From a bacterium (lineage in GTDB: Bacteria > Patescibacteriota > Dojkabacteria > SC72 > WJKH01): a stretch of 64,000 bases of DNA. A program made the position numbers and the translations under genes. Numbering within the stretch: position 1 is the first letter of the stretch; each line of letters opens with the position of its first letter. Location: NCBI GenBank assembly GCA_029547225.1, contig JAKPPS010000032.1, positions 4,065-68,064 on the forward strand, given 5' to 3'. A model generated the notes under the pieces. That model made no database searches. It saw only the letters and a list, made by a program, of their open reading frames with translations, and was not told the origin of the DNA. This document shows positions 1 to 10,271 of the stretch, one piece after another.

Positions 1-375
1 GGAATACTGAAGGTTGCAATTGCTGAATTAAAAAATGAAGAGATTAAAAGAGGTGATGCGTTAAGCGATGATGATGTAATTAAAGTCTTGCGGACTTTAG
101 TAAAAAGCTTAAGCGAGGCTATTGAACAGTTCAAAGCTGGTGGCCGGCAAGATCTTGTAGATAACAATTTTGCACAAGTGAAAGCATTGGAAGTGTATCT
201 ACCTCAATTAATGTCTCGAGAGGCCATTGTAGACATCGTAAAGGCCAAAGCAAATGAGATAGGTGCTCAAGGACCACAGGATACTGGTCGATTGATGGGT
301 ATAGTGATGAAAGAGATTTCAAAAAAAGCTGATGGTTCTTTAGTTAGCGAAGTTGTAAGAGAAATCTTGGGGTAA
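1..375 (+). CDS. GatB/YqeY domain-containing protein (5' end outside window)
   Basis: Frame 1 is open from base 1 (GILKVAIAELKNEEIKRGDALSDDDVIKVL...) and runs into tracked ORF 88..375. The tail ...GAQGPQDTGRLMGIVMKEISKKADGSLVSEVVREIL matches my memory of the YqeY/GatB C-terminal domain. Confidence 0.7.
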   Translation, partial: GILKVAIAELKNEEIKRGDALSDDDVIKVLRTLVKSLSEAIEQFKAGGRQDLVDNNFAQVKALEVYLPQLMSREAIVDIVKAKANEIGAQGPQDTGRLMGIVMKEISKKADGSLVSEVVREILG

Positions 376-494
376 CTTGTTTGTTTCCAGAACTAATGCA
401 AGCTTTACTTTATCTTCTATTGATCTAGAGGAAAATGTAATTAAAGGAATTCGAAAGTGATATTATTTTTATTTGAAGTTGGTCAAAGGAAAAA

Positions 495-1055
495 ATGATA
501 GATATTAAAAAACTTGTTAAAGAGGTCCTTTCCGAGGGTGTGAAACTACCGGAAATATTAAATATTCTTTTTGTTTCACAGAAGAAAATCGTGGAACTAA
601 ACAATAAATACCGAAATGTACAGGGTGCAACCGATGTCTTGAGTTTTAACATTGATAATGTTTGTGAAATATACATCTGTCCAGCATATTTGATGGAGCA
701 AAAAAGATTTTACGAAGAGGAGCTCATCAGAATGATGGTTCACGGTATTATTCATATTGCAGGAGGAGAGCATACTGGGCATTTCGATAAGTTCATTACG
801 AGTCCTGATAATGCGAATACCAAAATTATTATTTCAAATAATCAGTTAACGTTTCATTGTTTACACGATAATATTGATAAAACTTTATTCATTTTTAGTG
901 AATGCAGAGAAATTGAGGTCATGCAAGATCAGAAAGAATTTACTGACTACGAATGCGAATGTATGGCTGGAGAATCAATTGATGTAAAGACGTTGAGCGA
1001 AACACAATTTTTCAATTTGCAGGAAAAGATAGTAGCTAAAATATTACAAAAATAA
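495..1055 (+). CDS. ybeY: Endoribonuclease YbeY (rRNA maturation) with a C-terminal extension of about 85 aa
   Basis: ATG start. It has the 'ATDVLSF' motif and the metal motif 'HGIIHIAGGEH' (H..H.....H). The YbeY core ends near residue 100, and the remaining ~85 aa have no match I recognise. Confidence 0.8.
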   Translation: MIDIKKLVKEVLSEGVKLPEILNILFVSQKKIVELNNKYRNVQGATDVLSFNIDNVCEIYICPAYLMEQKRFYEEELIRMMVHGIIHIAGGEHTGHFDKFITSPDNANTKIIISNNQLTFHCLHDNIDKTLFIFSECREIEVMQDQKEFTDYECECMAGESIDVKTLSETQFFNLQEKIVAKILQK

Positions 1056-1056
1056 A

Positions 1057-1665
1057 ATGTATTTAATTGTAGGTTTAGGTAATATAGGCAAACAGTATGT
1101 CAATACGCCACATAACGCTGGCTTTAAATTTATAGAACGTATTTACAATCTTATTGAAAGACAGAAAAGCTTTCTATCTAAAACTTCTAAATCTATGGAA
1201 GTAGGATCAAGTCAAGAAAAAGCCCAAGAACTAGTCATAGGGGAATGGAAGGAAGAAAGAGAATTAAATTCTCAAATTTCTCTCATACGTGACGGTGGAA
1301 AGATCAAATATATACTTGCAAAACCTACTACTCTAATGAATCTATCAGGTGACGCAGTAGCTAAAATTGTGTCATATTACAAATTGAATCCAGCTACTGA
1401 CCTTATTGTAGCATATGATGATATGGATATTGAATTGGGAAAATACAAAATTACATTCGCGAAATATCCGAAAACTCATAACGGAGTAAATGATATTCTT
1501 AAGAGATATAAGAATTTTACAAGTATTAGGATAGGTATTGGTAAGTCACATGATATTGTTGGTGCAGAATATGTACTTTCGAAGTTAAATAGAATCAATA
1601 GTGAAATGTTAATGCAAGCTGTCGATAATGCGATTGCAGAACTTCAAGAGCAAATTTCAAACTAG
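1057..1665 (+). CDS. pth: Peptidyl-tRNA hydrolase
   Basis: N-terminus 'MYLIVGLGNIGKQYVNTPHNAGF' is the classic Pth signature, and 'AKPTTLMNLSGDAV' is present. It starts 2 nt after the ybeY stop and carries an internal insertion of about 25 aa. Confidence 0.9.
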   Translation: MYLIVGLGNIGKQYVNTPHNAGFKFIERIYNLIERQKSFLSKTSKSMEVGSSQEKAQELVIGEWKEERELNSQISLIRDGGKIKYILAKPTTLMNLSGDAVAKIVSYYKLNPATDLIVAYDDMDIELGKYKITFAKYPKTHNGVNDILKRYKNFTSIRIGIGKSHDIVGAEYVLSKLNRINSEMLMQAVDNAIAELQEQISN

Positions 1666-1909
1666 AGTGGATTAATGTGTTAGAACAGCGTAACAGACTA
1701 TAAGGCATATTTGCAGAATAAATCTGTATGAACATATTATTGAATAAAGAAAACAGAAAAGAATCAAAAAAAATAATTAAGTGCTTCATCTAGATAGTCG
1801 TATTATTAGGAAAACAATATAAAGGACATTGAGATAATAATCGTTAAATGATAGAATACTCGATGTGCTATGGGACCTAATATAGAAAGGTAAGAGATTA
1901 ATAGAAAAT

Positions 1910-4744
1910 ATGAAAACTATCCAAGAAGAGAAAATATTAATAAAAAAGATACCAATATATTTAGAAAAAATACTTGTACAAGTATTGGCACGACAGTATG
2001 AAAAAAAGTTTGCTCTATACTCATTTTCTAATCAATACAAATATCGCAAATTCCTTCAGAAAAGTGTAAGTCAAATAGATATTAGCAAAGGTGGAGTATT
2101 AGATATCGGAGATCTTACAACAGAACTATCGGCCTCGGGTGAATACTCGCTTGTTAAACGAGTATGGAGTCCTGGTGAATATTCATTATTGGGTGATATT
2201 ATTAACATATGGCAATATGGAATGCAACTGATACTACGAGTAAGTTTGTTTGATAGGTCAGTCGAGAAGATACAATTTGTTGATCCGCAAACTGGTTTAT
2301 GTAAGACGGAACTCGACACTTACCGGTTAGATATTAGTTCCCAAAACAATCTTATAGAATCGCAAGTTGTCTCTGAACTCATACAGCCTATAGAACGTTC
2401 ATCGTCTTGTTCTAATACACGTGAATACTCACTCATTCAATCTATTTTGCCAATACTCTTTAGCTTAAATTCTACTAGATCGCCAGATCCTTTCAACGTT
2501 CAGAACTACAGGCCTACAACCAATTCAGTTTTAAATTCATTTCTTAACAGAAAGCATGATTCAGATTACACATTAATTAATATTTTAAGTAATGATGGTG
2601 AGTCTGCTAATTACGATCTTGATCTAGGTGTTCTTCCTCTAATCAATGATGGTAATCGAGTAGGCGATAAGGAGTACATTAAATTTTTGTTAAGTACTTA
2701 TCAGCGTTTAGATTATCAGATTTATATTATTTCTGATTTTATCAAAAGTGATTCTCAGTTTAACACATATTTTAATTCCAATCTGTATTCAGATCAGAAT
2801 CGCGCTGATAATCTTGAACAAATAATGTTAAATAGCTCCCCAATTGCCAGTGATAATAATGTTCAAATTGGAGCGAAAAATTTTTCTTCAGATACCTCAG
2901 CTAATGCAGACAGTAGCAATGTTAAAACTAATAGAAACGATAATGAAAAACATAAGAAACTCCAGTTTGTTAGCGCTATCAAGTTATGTGAATATTTAAA
3001 TCTTGCGTCAATCCCGAGAGGTTGGGTAAATACTTTAACAAATTCGATTTTTATTACTGATTACGAACTGTATGGATCAACATCATTGGCTGATAATGAA
3101 ACAAAAAAGCTAATAGATGATAAATTTTCATTAATAACTAAGGGAGATTATCTTGTCCACGAAGATCATGGTATTGGGATTTATAGTGGTATCGAGACAA
3201 AGAACAATATTGACTATTATGTGTTGACATATGCTCAAGGGGATAAGCTTTATGTACCTTTAGCGCAAACAAATAAATTAACAAAATACATAGGGTCTGG
3301 CCGCAAAAAGCCTACACTTACAAGATTATCGGGCGGACACTGGAAGGGTACAAAAGAGAAGGTTTATAAGGATGTAGAACATATTGCAAAAGAACTACTT
3401 CAACTCTACGCCATGCGAACTCTGGTTAAGGCGCCCAGTATGTTAAATAAAGAAGAACAGAGTCAATTGGTCCAACTTTTTATTAAATCATTTGAATATT
3501 CAGATACCGACGATCAGCGTATTGCAACTGCGGAATTACTTGAGGATTTGAAAAAGGAAAACCCAACAGATAGGTTACTAGTGGGTGATGTAGGGTTTGG
3601 CAAGACAGAAATAGCAATACGAGGAGCTTATGCAGCTTTTATCTCGGGTATGCAGACAGCATTTATGGCTCCGACAACAGTTTTAGTAGAACAGCATAAG
3701 GGAGTTCTGATAGCTCGCTTTGAGCGATTCAGGAAATACCTTCTTGATATTGGTTACTCTGAGGAGAATGCAGAAAGGTTGGTTCCAAAAGTTGAGAGCA
3801 TATCACGATTTGCTACTATAGCTGAGCGTAGAGAAATTGTATCAAATGTAAGTGAAGGTAAGGTTGATATTCTTGTCGGTACACATGCAATATTATCTAA
3901 CGCAGTAAAGTTTAGAAAATTAGGATTTGTAATTATTGATGAGGAACAAAGATTTGGGGTTAAGCATAAAGAGAAACTCAAAGCAAAAAGATTGGAGTCT
4001 CATGTGCTTTCTATGACTGCGACACCTATACCAAGGACATTGAATCTTGCCCTAAATTCAGTGAGAGATTTAAGTGTGATAGCAACTGCGCCATTAAATC
4101 GTAAGGAAATAATAAATATCACAACAGAGTATAGTATCGATGCTGTAATCCAAGCAATAACAAATGAGCTAGATCGAAATGGACAAATCTTTTATCTACA
4201 TAATAGGATATCAGATATTGAGAAAATCGCGTTAAATATCATGAAATATTATCCAGAAGCGAAAGTTGGAGTAGCGCATGGACGATTGAGTGCGAAAGAA
4301 TTAGCTATGACAATGCGTGACTTTGCATCAATGAAATTGAATGTGCTTGTATGTACAACAATCATTGAAAATGGAATCGATCTTCCAAATGTAAATACAA
4401 TGATAATTGATGATATTGAACGACTTGGATTGGCACAAATGTATCAAATACGAGGACGAATAGGACGTGGTGAAAAGCAAGCATATGCATACTTCTTGCA
4501 TAAGACATTGGGGGGAGAATCTGCACTGAGACTCGAGGCAATACAAGACTTTCATGCATTAGGCTCTGGATTGCTACTAGCGAACCGAGATTTGGAGATA
4601 CGAGGGGCAGGTACGATATTGGGTGACAATCAGTCAGGAGCAGTAGATGCTGTCGGCTTCAAACTCTACTCAAAGATGCTTGAAGAAGCAGTATCACGAC
4701 TCAAGAAGTCAACGATTGTAAAAGAAGGTATTTGGATAAGGTAA
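1910..4744 (+). CDS. mfd: Transcription-repair coupling factor Mfd (divergent, low-complexity N-terminal half)
   Basis: It has the CarD-like motif 'GDYLVHEDHGIGIY', Walker A 'GDVGFGKTEIAIR', 'IIDEEQRFGV' and helicase C motifs ('QIRGRIGRG'). Confidence 0.9.
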   Translation: MKTIQEEKILIKKIPIYLEKILVQVLARQYEKKFALYSFSNQYKYRKFLQKSVSQIDISKGGVLDIGDLTTELSASGEYSLVKRVWSPGEYSLLGDIINIWQYGMQLILRVSLFDRSVEKIQFVDPQTGLCKTELDTYRLDISSQNNLIESQVVSELIQPIERSSSCSNTREYSLIQSILPILFSLNSTRSPDPFNVQNYRPTTNSVLNSFLNRKHDSDYTLINILSNDGESANYDLDLGVLPLINDGNRVGDKEYIKFLLSTYQRLDYQIYIISDFIKSDSQFNTYFNSNLYSDQNRADNLEQIMLNSSPIASDNNVQIGAKNFSSDTSANADSSNVKTNRNDNEKHKKLQFVSAIKLCEYLNLASIPRGWVNTLTNSIFITDYELYGSTSLADNETKKLIDDKFSLITKGDYLVHEDHGIGIYSGIETKNNIDYYVLTYAQGDKLYVPLAQTNKLTKYIGSGRKKPTLTRLSGGHWKGTKEKVYKDVEHIAKELLQLYAMRTLVKAPSMLNKEEQSQLVQLFIKSFEYSDTDDQRIATAELLEDLKKENPTDRLLVGDVGFGKTEIAIRGAYAAFISGMQTAFMAPTTVLVEQHKGVLIARFERFRKYLLDIGYSEENAERLVPKVESISRFATIAERREIVSNVSEGKVDILVGTHAILSNAVKFRKLGFVIIDEEQRFGVKHKEKLKAKRLESHVLSMTATPIPRTLNLALNSVRDLSVIATAPLNRKEIINITTEYSIDAVIQAITNELDRNGQIFYLHNRISDIEKIALNIMKYYPEAKVGVAHGRLSAKELAMTMRDFASMKLNVLVCTTIIENGIDLPNVNTMIIDDIERLGLAQMYQIRGRIGRGEKQAYAYFLHKTLGGESALRLEAIQDFHALGSGLLLANRDLEIRGAGTILGDNQSGAVDAVGFKLYSKMLEEAVSRLKKSTIVKEGIWIR

Positions 4745-4764
4745 TTCTACCTGTTCTGTTTTTT

Positions 4765-4842
4765 GTAACCAACCGCTGTACAGAGCAAGTCAATCATTCC
4801 ATTACAAACCGAGAGCTATACTGATAAAATTGCTCATTCACG
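4765..4842 (+). repeat. Dispersed intergenic repeat of about 83 nt, copy A
   Basis: gtaaCCAACCGCTGTACAg...CCATTACAAACC...ttgctcattCACg begins 21 nt after the mfd stop. It aligns with copies B, C and D by eye. Confidence 0.7.
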
Positions 4843-5171
4843 TAGGACATATTTGAGCGTAAGAATTTTTTGATATTTCGGAAAGAAATAGAAAATATTT
4901 CAAGTAAACCTGTACGCCCAAAAGCCCGTTATACCAAGGTATAGTTTAACCCTAGAGTGTGTGGTTTTTATCTAATAAATGTAGATAGGTTTTCATCTAG
5001 ATTAGAGAAAAATATGATCGTCAAAATCCCTATTTATAAAAGTTTTTATTAATGTCGATAATTTTCTTGCAAAGAGTAACTTAAAACTCCATACTTTCGT
5101 CTAGAGTTCTTCAATATATGGATACCTCAAATAGAGTTTGCATTTAATTTATAAATTGTACATACTAGATT

Positions 5172-7067
5172 ATGGCTCATGCATTATACCGAAAATATAG
5201 ATCGCAAACATTTGATGAACTCATAGGGCAGGAGCATATTACAAATATCCTCAAGAATGCAGTCAAATCTCAAAATATCGCGCATGCATATCTTTTTGTA
5301 GGTTCCCGAGGTACAGGAAAGACAAGTACAGCAAGGATTTTAGCCAAAGCAATTAACTGTCAAGATATCCAAAAGGATGGTAATCCATGTAATAAATGCG
5401 AACATTGTACCGAAATAACTAATGGGAATTATCTGGACCTTATCGAGATCGACGCAGCGTCTAATCGTGGTATTGACCAGATCCGTGAATTGAAGGAGAA
5501 GATGGAGTTCAGTCCGGTTGAGGGTAAGTTTAAAATTTATATCATCGATGAAGTCCATATGCTTACCAATGAGGCTTTTAACGCGCTTCTCAAGACGTTA
5601 GAAGAACCACCAGAGCATGTGATTTTTATACTTGCTACAACAGAAGCACATAAATTACCTCCAACTATTGTTTCAAGATGTCAGAGGTATGATTTCAGAC
5701 TTGGTAGTAATGAAGAGATAGAGGATGTGATAAAAAAGAGTTCAAAAGAAGAGGGGATTAAAATATCCGATGGGGCATTAAAACTCTTGGTCGAAAGTGC
5801 TCGAGGAAGTTATCGAGATGCTTTATCTATACTTGATGTTGTGATAAGTGGACAGATCGGCAGCGCCAATCCACAAGAGATAAGTGAAGAAGAAGTCCGG
5901 CGAATACTTGGTATCCCTGATTCGACTATGGTCTATTATTTTCTTGAGAGCCTTGTTTATGGTAACCGAACTTCAGCCTTAAACCTAATACAAGAGATAG
6001 AGAGTAAAGGTGTAAATCTACAGCAGTTTACTAAACAAACCCTGGTAATGCTCAGGGAGATACTAGTTGCAAAACTTATTGGTAATTTTTCAGAAATGGA
6101 ATACTCTTTTGCAAAGGATCTGACTCCTAAAGATATTGTTGATATGATAAATATTTTTATTAATGTTGAAAGAAGCATAAAAAGTTTTTCGATACCTGCC
6201 TTAGTACTCGAGATGGTTATACCACAAATCTTTTTTGAAGGTATTACAAATAATAATCATGATAATTGCGATAGTCCGAAGTCAAAATCAGGCAATAAAG
6301 AGAAAAAAGGACAAAATCAAGATTTAAGCACAAATCAAAATAAGGCTTCAAGCAGCGAAGGTGATAAAAAGTTAGATAAGAGTGATACTAAAGTTATTCA
6401 TGCCGAAGCATCTGATGATAGTGAAAAATCAAGCATAAAAAGCGATAATAAAAAAGCTAATAAAACAGAGAAGAACCAGGAATCTGTTCAATCAGCAGTA
6501 AGTACAGAAAAAATTGCGATTGATGGGAAAGTGTCAGATGGAACAAATGAAGAACACTCAAATAAAAAATCAAAAAAAATCTCAATCAGTCTTGAAGACA
6601 TAATCGCAAAATGGAAAGAGGTTACCAATACAATTAAAGCAGCTAATGGGCATCTTTTTGCATTCTTAGAGATGGCAAAATTAGTTTCTTTTGAAGGCGG
6701 AAAGCTTACCATGGAAGTACCTTATGATTTCCATAAGGAGCGTATCGAGTGTCTCAAAAGTCGAGAGGCTATTCTTGAGGTTTTTCAAAATATTTATGGT
6801 GTAACATTCCCATACGAATGTATCGTTAATACCAGTATCAAACCAGAGTTTGTGTTTCACGAAGATGTTGTCGTGGAACAATCAGTGAAAAAAAGTTCCA
6901 CGGATGATAATAAGACTGCTAATACGCCTAATAATGGCAATGGGGGTTCTCAGTATAATAATAATAAATATGGTAATGGCGGTAATTATAACAGCAACAA
7001 TGGTGGTGGTAAATCGTACGGTGGTAGTAATCGTAAACAGATTGAAGAGATTTTTGCAGGTCTCTAG
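5172..7067 (+). CDS. dnaX: DNA polymerase III subunit gamma/tau
   Basis: It has Walker A 'GSRGTGKTSTARILAKAINC', a zinc module 'CNKCEHC', 'IYIIDEVHMLT' and 'SRCQRYDF'. The linker is long and Lys/Ser/Asn-rich, and the tail is Asn/Gly-rich. Confidence 0.9.
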   Translation: MAHALYRKYRSQTFDELIGQEHITNILKNAVKSQNIAHAYLFVGSRGTGKTSTARILAKAINCQDIQKDGNPCNKCEHCTEITNGNYLDLIEIDAASNRGIDQIRELKEKMEFSPVEGKFKIYIIDEVHMLTNEAFNALLKTLEEPPEHVIFILATTEAHKLPPTIVSRCQRYDFRLGSNEEIEDVIKKSSKEEGIKISDGALKLLVESARGSYRDALSILDVVISGQIGSANPQEISEEEVRRILGIPDSTMVYYFLESLVYGNRTSALNLIQEIESKGVNLQQFTKQTLVMLREILVAKLIGNFSEMEYSFAKDLTPKDIVDMINIFINVERSIKSFSIPALVLEMVIPQIFFEGITNNNHDNCDSPKSKSGNKEKKGQNQDLSTNQNKASSSEGDKKLDKSDTKVIHAEASDDSEKSSIKSDNKKANKTEKNQESVQSAVSTEKIAIDGKVSDGTNEEHSNKKSKKISISLEDIIAKWKEVTNTIKAANGHLFAFLEMAKLVSFEGGKLTMEVPYDFHKERIECLKSREAILEVFQNIYGVTFPYECIVNTSIKPEFVFHEDVVVEQSVKKSSTDDNKTANTPNNGNGGSQYNNNKYGNGGNYNSNNGGGKSYGGSNRKQIEEIFAGL

Positions 7068-7138
7068 AATCCTTAATATATCCCAATTTGAATATTTCAA
7101 ATATCAGTGAATTGTAAAGTGCTTGATTCTCATTACTT

Positions 7139-7221
7139 ATGTGTTTGGGATAATTATATGTAATAAGATAGGGTAGTCATGGGTAAAGTATATTGTAACG
7201 CAAAGTGGTTGGTGGCATACC
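7139..7221 (-). repeat. Dispersed intergenic repeat of about 83 nt, copy F (GGTATGCC subfamily)
   Basis: The minus strand reads GGTATGCCACCAACCactttgcgttacaa...CCATGACTACCC..., which is near-identical in layout to copy G. Confidence 0.7.
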
Positions 7222-7360
7222 ATTAAGTTATCGTAAAAAGCAGAAAATGATTCTTGATATAAGGTGATATCATATTTTACTTTTGGAGGCTTAGTTTTGG
7301 TTCTTCATTTTTATAAGATTTTAGGCTATAATCGACAAGTTAATATTAGTAATAATAAAT

Positions 7361-7669
7361 ATGGGTAATGTTTTTTCACAGATGAAAGATCTCTACAAGA
7401 TGCAGAGAGAAGCTAAAGACATGCAAAAGAAACTTCGTGTCGAGAAGATTGTTGGTGAGTCTGATGATAGCAAAGTCAAATTATATATGAATGGAGCTCA
7501 AGAGTTAGAAGATATTTTCATTGATGATTCTTTGTTGCATGAAGGCATGTTGGAAGTTATTAAAAAAGGTTTTAAAGAAGCATTCAAGGATTATCAAAAG
7601 AAGCTCGCTAAGCAGCTTGCGGGTAGTTTCGATGTTGATGAGCTGAAAAGAATGATGGGTAGTAACTAA
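7361..7669 (+). CDS. ybaB: Nucleoid-associated protein YbaB/EbfC
   Basis: It is 102 aa with 'MQREAKDMQKKL...VGESDDSKVKLYMNGAQELEDIFIDDSLL', typical of YbaB. The dnaX-ybaB-recR gene order is conserved. Confidence 0.85.
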   Translation: MGNVFSQMKDLYKMQREAKDMQKKLRVEKIVGESDDSKVKLYMNGAQELEDIFIDDSLLHEGMLEVIKKGFKEAFKDYQKKLAKQLAGSFDVDELKRMMGSN

Positions 7670-7710
7670 TTACTTCCAGTTTTTTAGCAATTAATTTTGG
7701 TATTAATGTC

Positions 7711-8451
7711 ATGTCGGTATTACCTCAATCCGTACAGAAGGTTATTGAACATTTTGAGAAATTGCCTGGTGTCGGTCCAAAATCTGCATCTCGTATGGTG
7801 TACTATTTTTTGCGCAATCCGCACAAAGAAGCGACTTCACTGGCTGATTCCTTAACTGAAATGGATCAGAAGGTTAAGCAGTGTCAACATTGTTATAACA
7901 TTGCGGAATCAGAAATCTGCAACATATGTAACAGTCCACTTCGTGATAAAAAGAAGCTTTGTATTGTCGAGGAGCCACTAGATGTTGTTGCTTTTGAAAA
8001 TTCAGCTGTATACGATGGGGTCTATTTTGTACTAGGTGGAGTTATTTCTCCAGCAGATGGCATCGGAGCTGACGATCTAAGGTTTGATCAGTTAAAAGTG
8101 AGAGTTCGTAACCTGCTAAAGGAGATTGCTGAAAAGAATAGTAAGGATTTACAATCGAAAAGTGAGGACAGCACTGTTGTAAATGTGTTAGAAGATGGGG
8201 ATATAGCAAAGGAAAACAATAGCGGAAAGACTATAGGTGTAGATAAAATAGGGGCTCTAGAAATAATTATTGCAACTAATCCTAGTCTAGAGGGTGAGGC
8301 GACTGCTTCATATATTAAGGAAATTTTTTCCGAAGAGGTCAACGGTGGACTTATACGAATCTCTCAGTTGGCGATGGGTTTGCCGACTGGTGCAGATCTG
8401 GAGTATGCGGACAGACTTACGCTAAAACGTGCTTTAGATGGCCGAAACTAG
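7711..8451 (+). CDS. recR: Recombination protein RecR (with an insertion in the Toprim region)
   Basis: It has the HhH motif 'LPGVGPKSASRM', a C4 zinc finger 'CQHCYNIAESEICNICN' and the Toprim motif 'LCIVEEPLDV'. Confidence 0.9.
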   Translation: MSVLPQSVQKVIEHFEKLPGVGPKSASRMVYYFLRNPHKEATSLADSLTEMDQKVKQCQHCYNIAESEICNICNSPLRDKKKLCIVEEPLDVVAFENSAVYDGVYFVLGGVISPADGIGADDLRFDQLKVRVRNLLKEIAEKNSKDLQSKSEDSTVVNVLEDGDIAKENNSGKTIGVDKIGALEIIIATNPSLEGEATASYIKEIFSEEVNGGLIRISQLAMGLPTGADLEYADRLTLKRALDGRN

Positions 8452-8491
8452 CTTCGTTGATCTTTAATAAAGAATCTTTATCGGAATACCA

Positions 8492-10234
8492 TTATTTTTC
8501 TTTTAGTAGTTTCTTTGCTTCATCTATATCGTTCCATGGGTATTCGGTGTTGCCAAAGCAGAGGCTTTGTTCATGAGCCTTGCCACATATGATTACGATA
8601 TCTCCATTGTTAGCGATGTCGAAAGCTTTGATGAGAGCATCTCGTCTTATTTTTACATTTTGCGTGTCATCGTCAAAGCGAATTAATTGGTGTGGGCGAC
8701 TTGCATCATTTGAATTGGATGAATTAATGTTTTTTTGTGATTTAGTAAATCCTTCTTCTATCTCATCGTTGATTGCTTTAAGTGATTCACTCCGTGGGTC
8801 TTCTGCAGTCAATATTGTTACATCGGCTATCGTTCCGGAAATTTCTCCCATGGGGCCTCGTTTACTCGTATCTCTTTTACCAGCACATCCAAATACTGAG
8901 ATCAATTTGTTATTATCTTTCAGTAATGCTTTCGCCGATTTTAAGGCATTTTCGAGCGCATTTGGAGTGTGTGCGAAATCTACTATCACCATAAAAGGAG
9001 CTTTTTGGACTACTTCCATGCGTCCCTTTATTGTTTCAAAAAACGAAAGGGCCTGTATAATTTCTGCTATTGTATTACCTGCTATTTGTTGTATTGTCGC
9101 TATTGCTGCTAGCGAGTTAGAGATATTATATTCTCCTAAAATTTGCATTTCTACTGGAATCAGGTTGATCAGGCTATTTACAAGGTCTGTCTTGAAATCG
9201 AGACTTTTTACGGAATCATTTTTCGTAACTAGGGTGAAAGAAATATTACCATCCTCGGATTTTTTCTCAGTATTGTTTAAGGCGATATAATCGATTTTAT
9301 CAATGTTGTTGCTTTCTGATAGTCTTGAATATGATAGTTTTACAATATCCTTTCGACCAGTATGATTAATAATGTTAGTAAGAAAGTCGTATGATTTTTT
9401 ATCGTCGTAATTTAATATTACTTTGCCACCGTTTTTTAGGTGCTCTGTAATAAGTCGAGATTTTGCGAGAGCATAGTTTTCCCATGTCTTATGATAATCA
9501 AGATGTTCGTTTGTGATATTTGTATACGCGACGGTATCAAATTTAATACCTGCTAGACGTCCCATCGCCAATCCGTGAGAAGTTGATTCGATGATGGCAT
9601 GAGAGCAGCCTTCTTGCTCCATTGTTTTTATTAGTTTGAATAATTCTTGTGAAGATGGGGTAGTGGTGTGGAAACCTGTGTCTATTTCTTTATCACCAAT
9701 TTTTGCAGATACTGTAGAAATAAGGCCCGGTTTGTAACCTAATTTTAACAATGTGTGATAGATCATTGTGCTGGTTGTAGTTTTACCATCAGTGCCAGTT
9801 ACACCAATATACTTCATCTTTTCAAAATCGATCTTAAATAGCGGCGCAATGTCTGAATCTTCAAATGCCTTTATTTCTTTATCTGAAAGGTTTTTCCCTT
9901 CGTAATCTTTGATCAATTGATCGTAAAGTTCTCCAACTTCCATTGCTTTTATGTCAGGATTATCTATATGCAACTTTTGAATAATATCGTTGGGAAGAGC
10001 AGCAGAGTAGATATATGCGTCAGTATTTTTATCAAATGGCTTGTCCGGATTAGCAAATGTTATTTTTGCACCCATTTTTATTAGTTCGTCGGTGCGAGGA
10101 TTAGGTGATATATCGTGCCCATACACTTTCGTACCGCAAAGCAATAAAAACTTCGCGATATAGAATAATCCAGCACCTCCTATACCAAGACACCTTACTT
10201 CTTTTAATTTCTCATAATTACCAATTTTATTCAT
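8492..10234 (-). CDS. murE: Mur ligase, MurE-like body with a MurC-like N-terminal Rossmann segment
   Basis: MurE-like motifs are 'IGVTGTDGKTTT', 'NEHLDYHKTWENYALAKSRL', 'DFAHTPNALENAL', 'GCAGKRDTSKRGPMG' and 'TAEDPRSE'. The N-terminus 'LGIGGAGLFYIAKFLLLCGTKVYGHD' looks like MurC or Mpl. Confidence 0.65.
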   Translation of the reverse strand: MNKIGNYEKLKEVRCLGIGGAGLFYIAKFLLLCGTKVYGHDISPNPRTDELIKMGAKITFANPDKPFDKNTDAYIYSAALPNDIIQKLHIDNPDIKAMEVGELYDQLIKDYEGKNLSDKEIKAFEDSDIAPLFKIDFEKMKYIGVTGTDGKTTTSTMIYHTLLKLGYKPGLISTVSAKIGDKEIDTGFHTTTPSSQELFKLIKTMEQEGCSHAIIESTSHGLAMGRLAGIKFDTVAYTNITNEHLDYHKTWENYALAKSRLITEHLKNGGKVILNYDDKKSYDFLTNIINHTGRKDIVKLSYSRLSESNNIDKIDYIALNNTEKKSEDGNISFTLVTKNDSVKSLDFKTDLVNSLINLIPVEMQILGEYNISNSLAAIATIQQIAGNTIAEIIQALSFFETIKGRMEVVQKAPFMVIVDFAHTPNALENALKSAKALLKDNNKLISVFGCAGKRDTSKRGPMGEISGTIADVTILTAEDPRSESLKAINDEIEEGFTKSQKNINSSNSNDASRPHQLIRFDDDTQNVKIRRDALIKAFDIANNGDIVIICGKAHEQSLCFGNTEYPWNDIDEAKKLLKEK

Positions 10235-10271
10235 AGTTTTGAATATGAACTTAATTAATAGGCTTATTTCA

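Noticed and set aside
4930-4943. TATACCAAGGTATA palindrome, and CCGTATATACGG at 23478..23489.
   Set aside because: Their spacing and geometry differ (ATAC-N4-GTAT, and a GC-outside arrangement). I did not count them as members of the 20-bp family. The first is probably just the terminus of a degenerate 83-nt repeat fragment.
8580-9290. Long antisense ORFs from the six-frame track. Examples: 8580..9290, 23870..24298, 24323..24613, 29230..29631, 32414..32889, 39653..39961, 16786..17136 and 18332..18694.
   Set aside because: Each lies entirely inside, and opposite to, a gene with strong family motifs (murE, acd, the surface protein, cca, AMP phosphorylase, cysS, rnhC). Their sequences are low-complexity mirror-frame products with no recognisable motifs.
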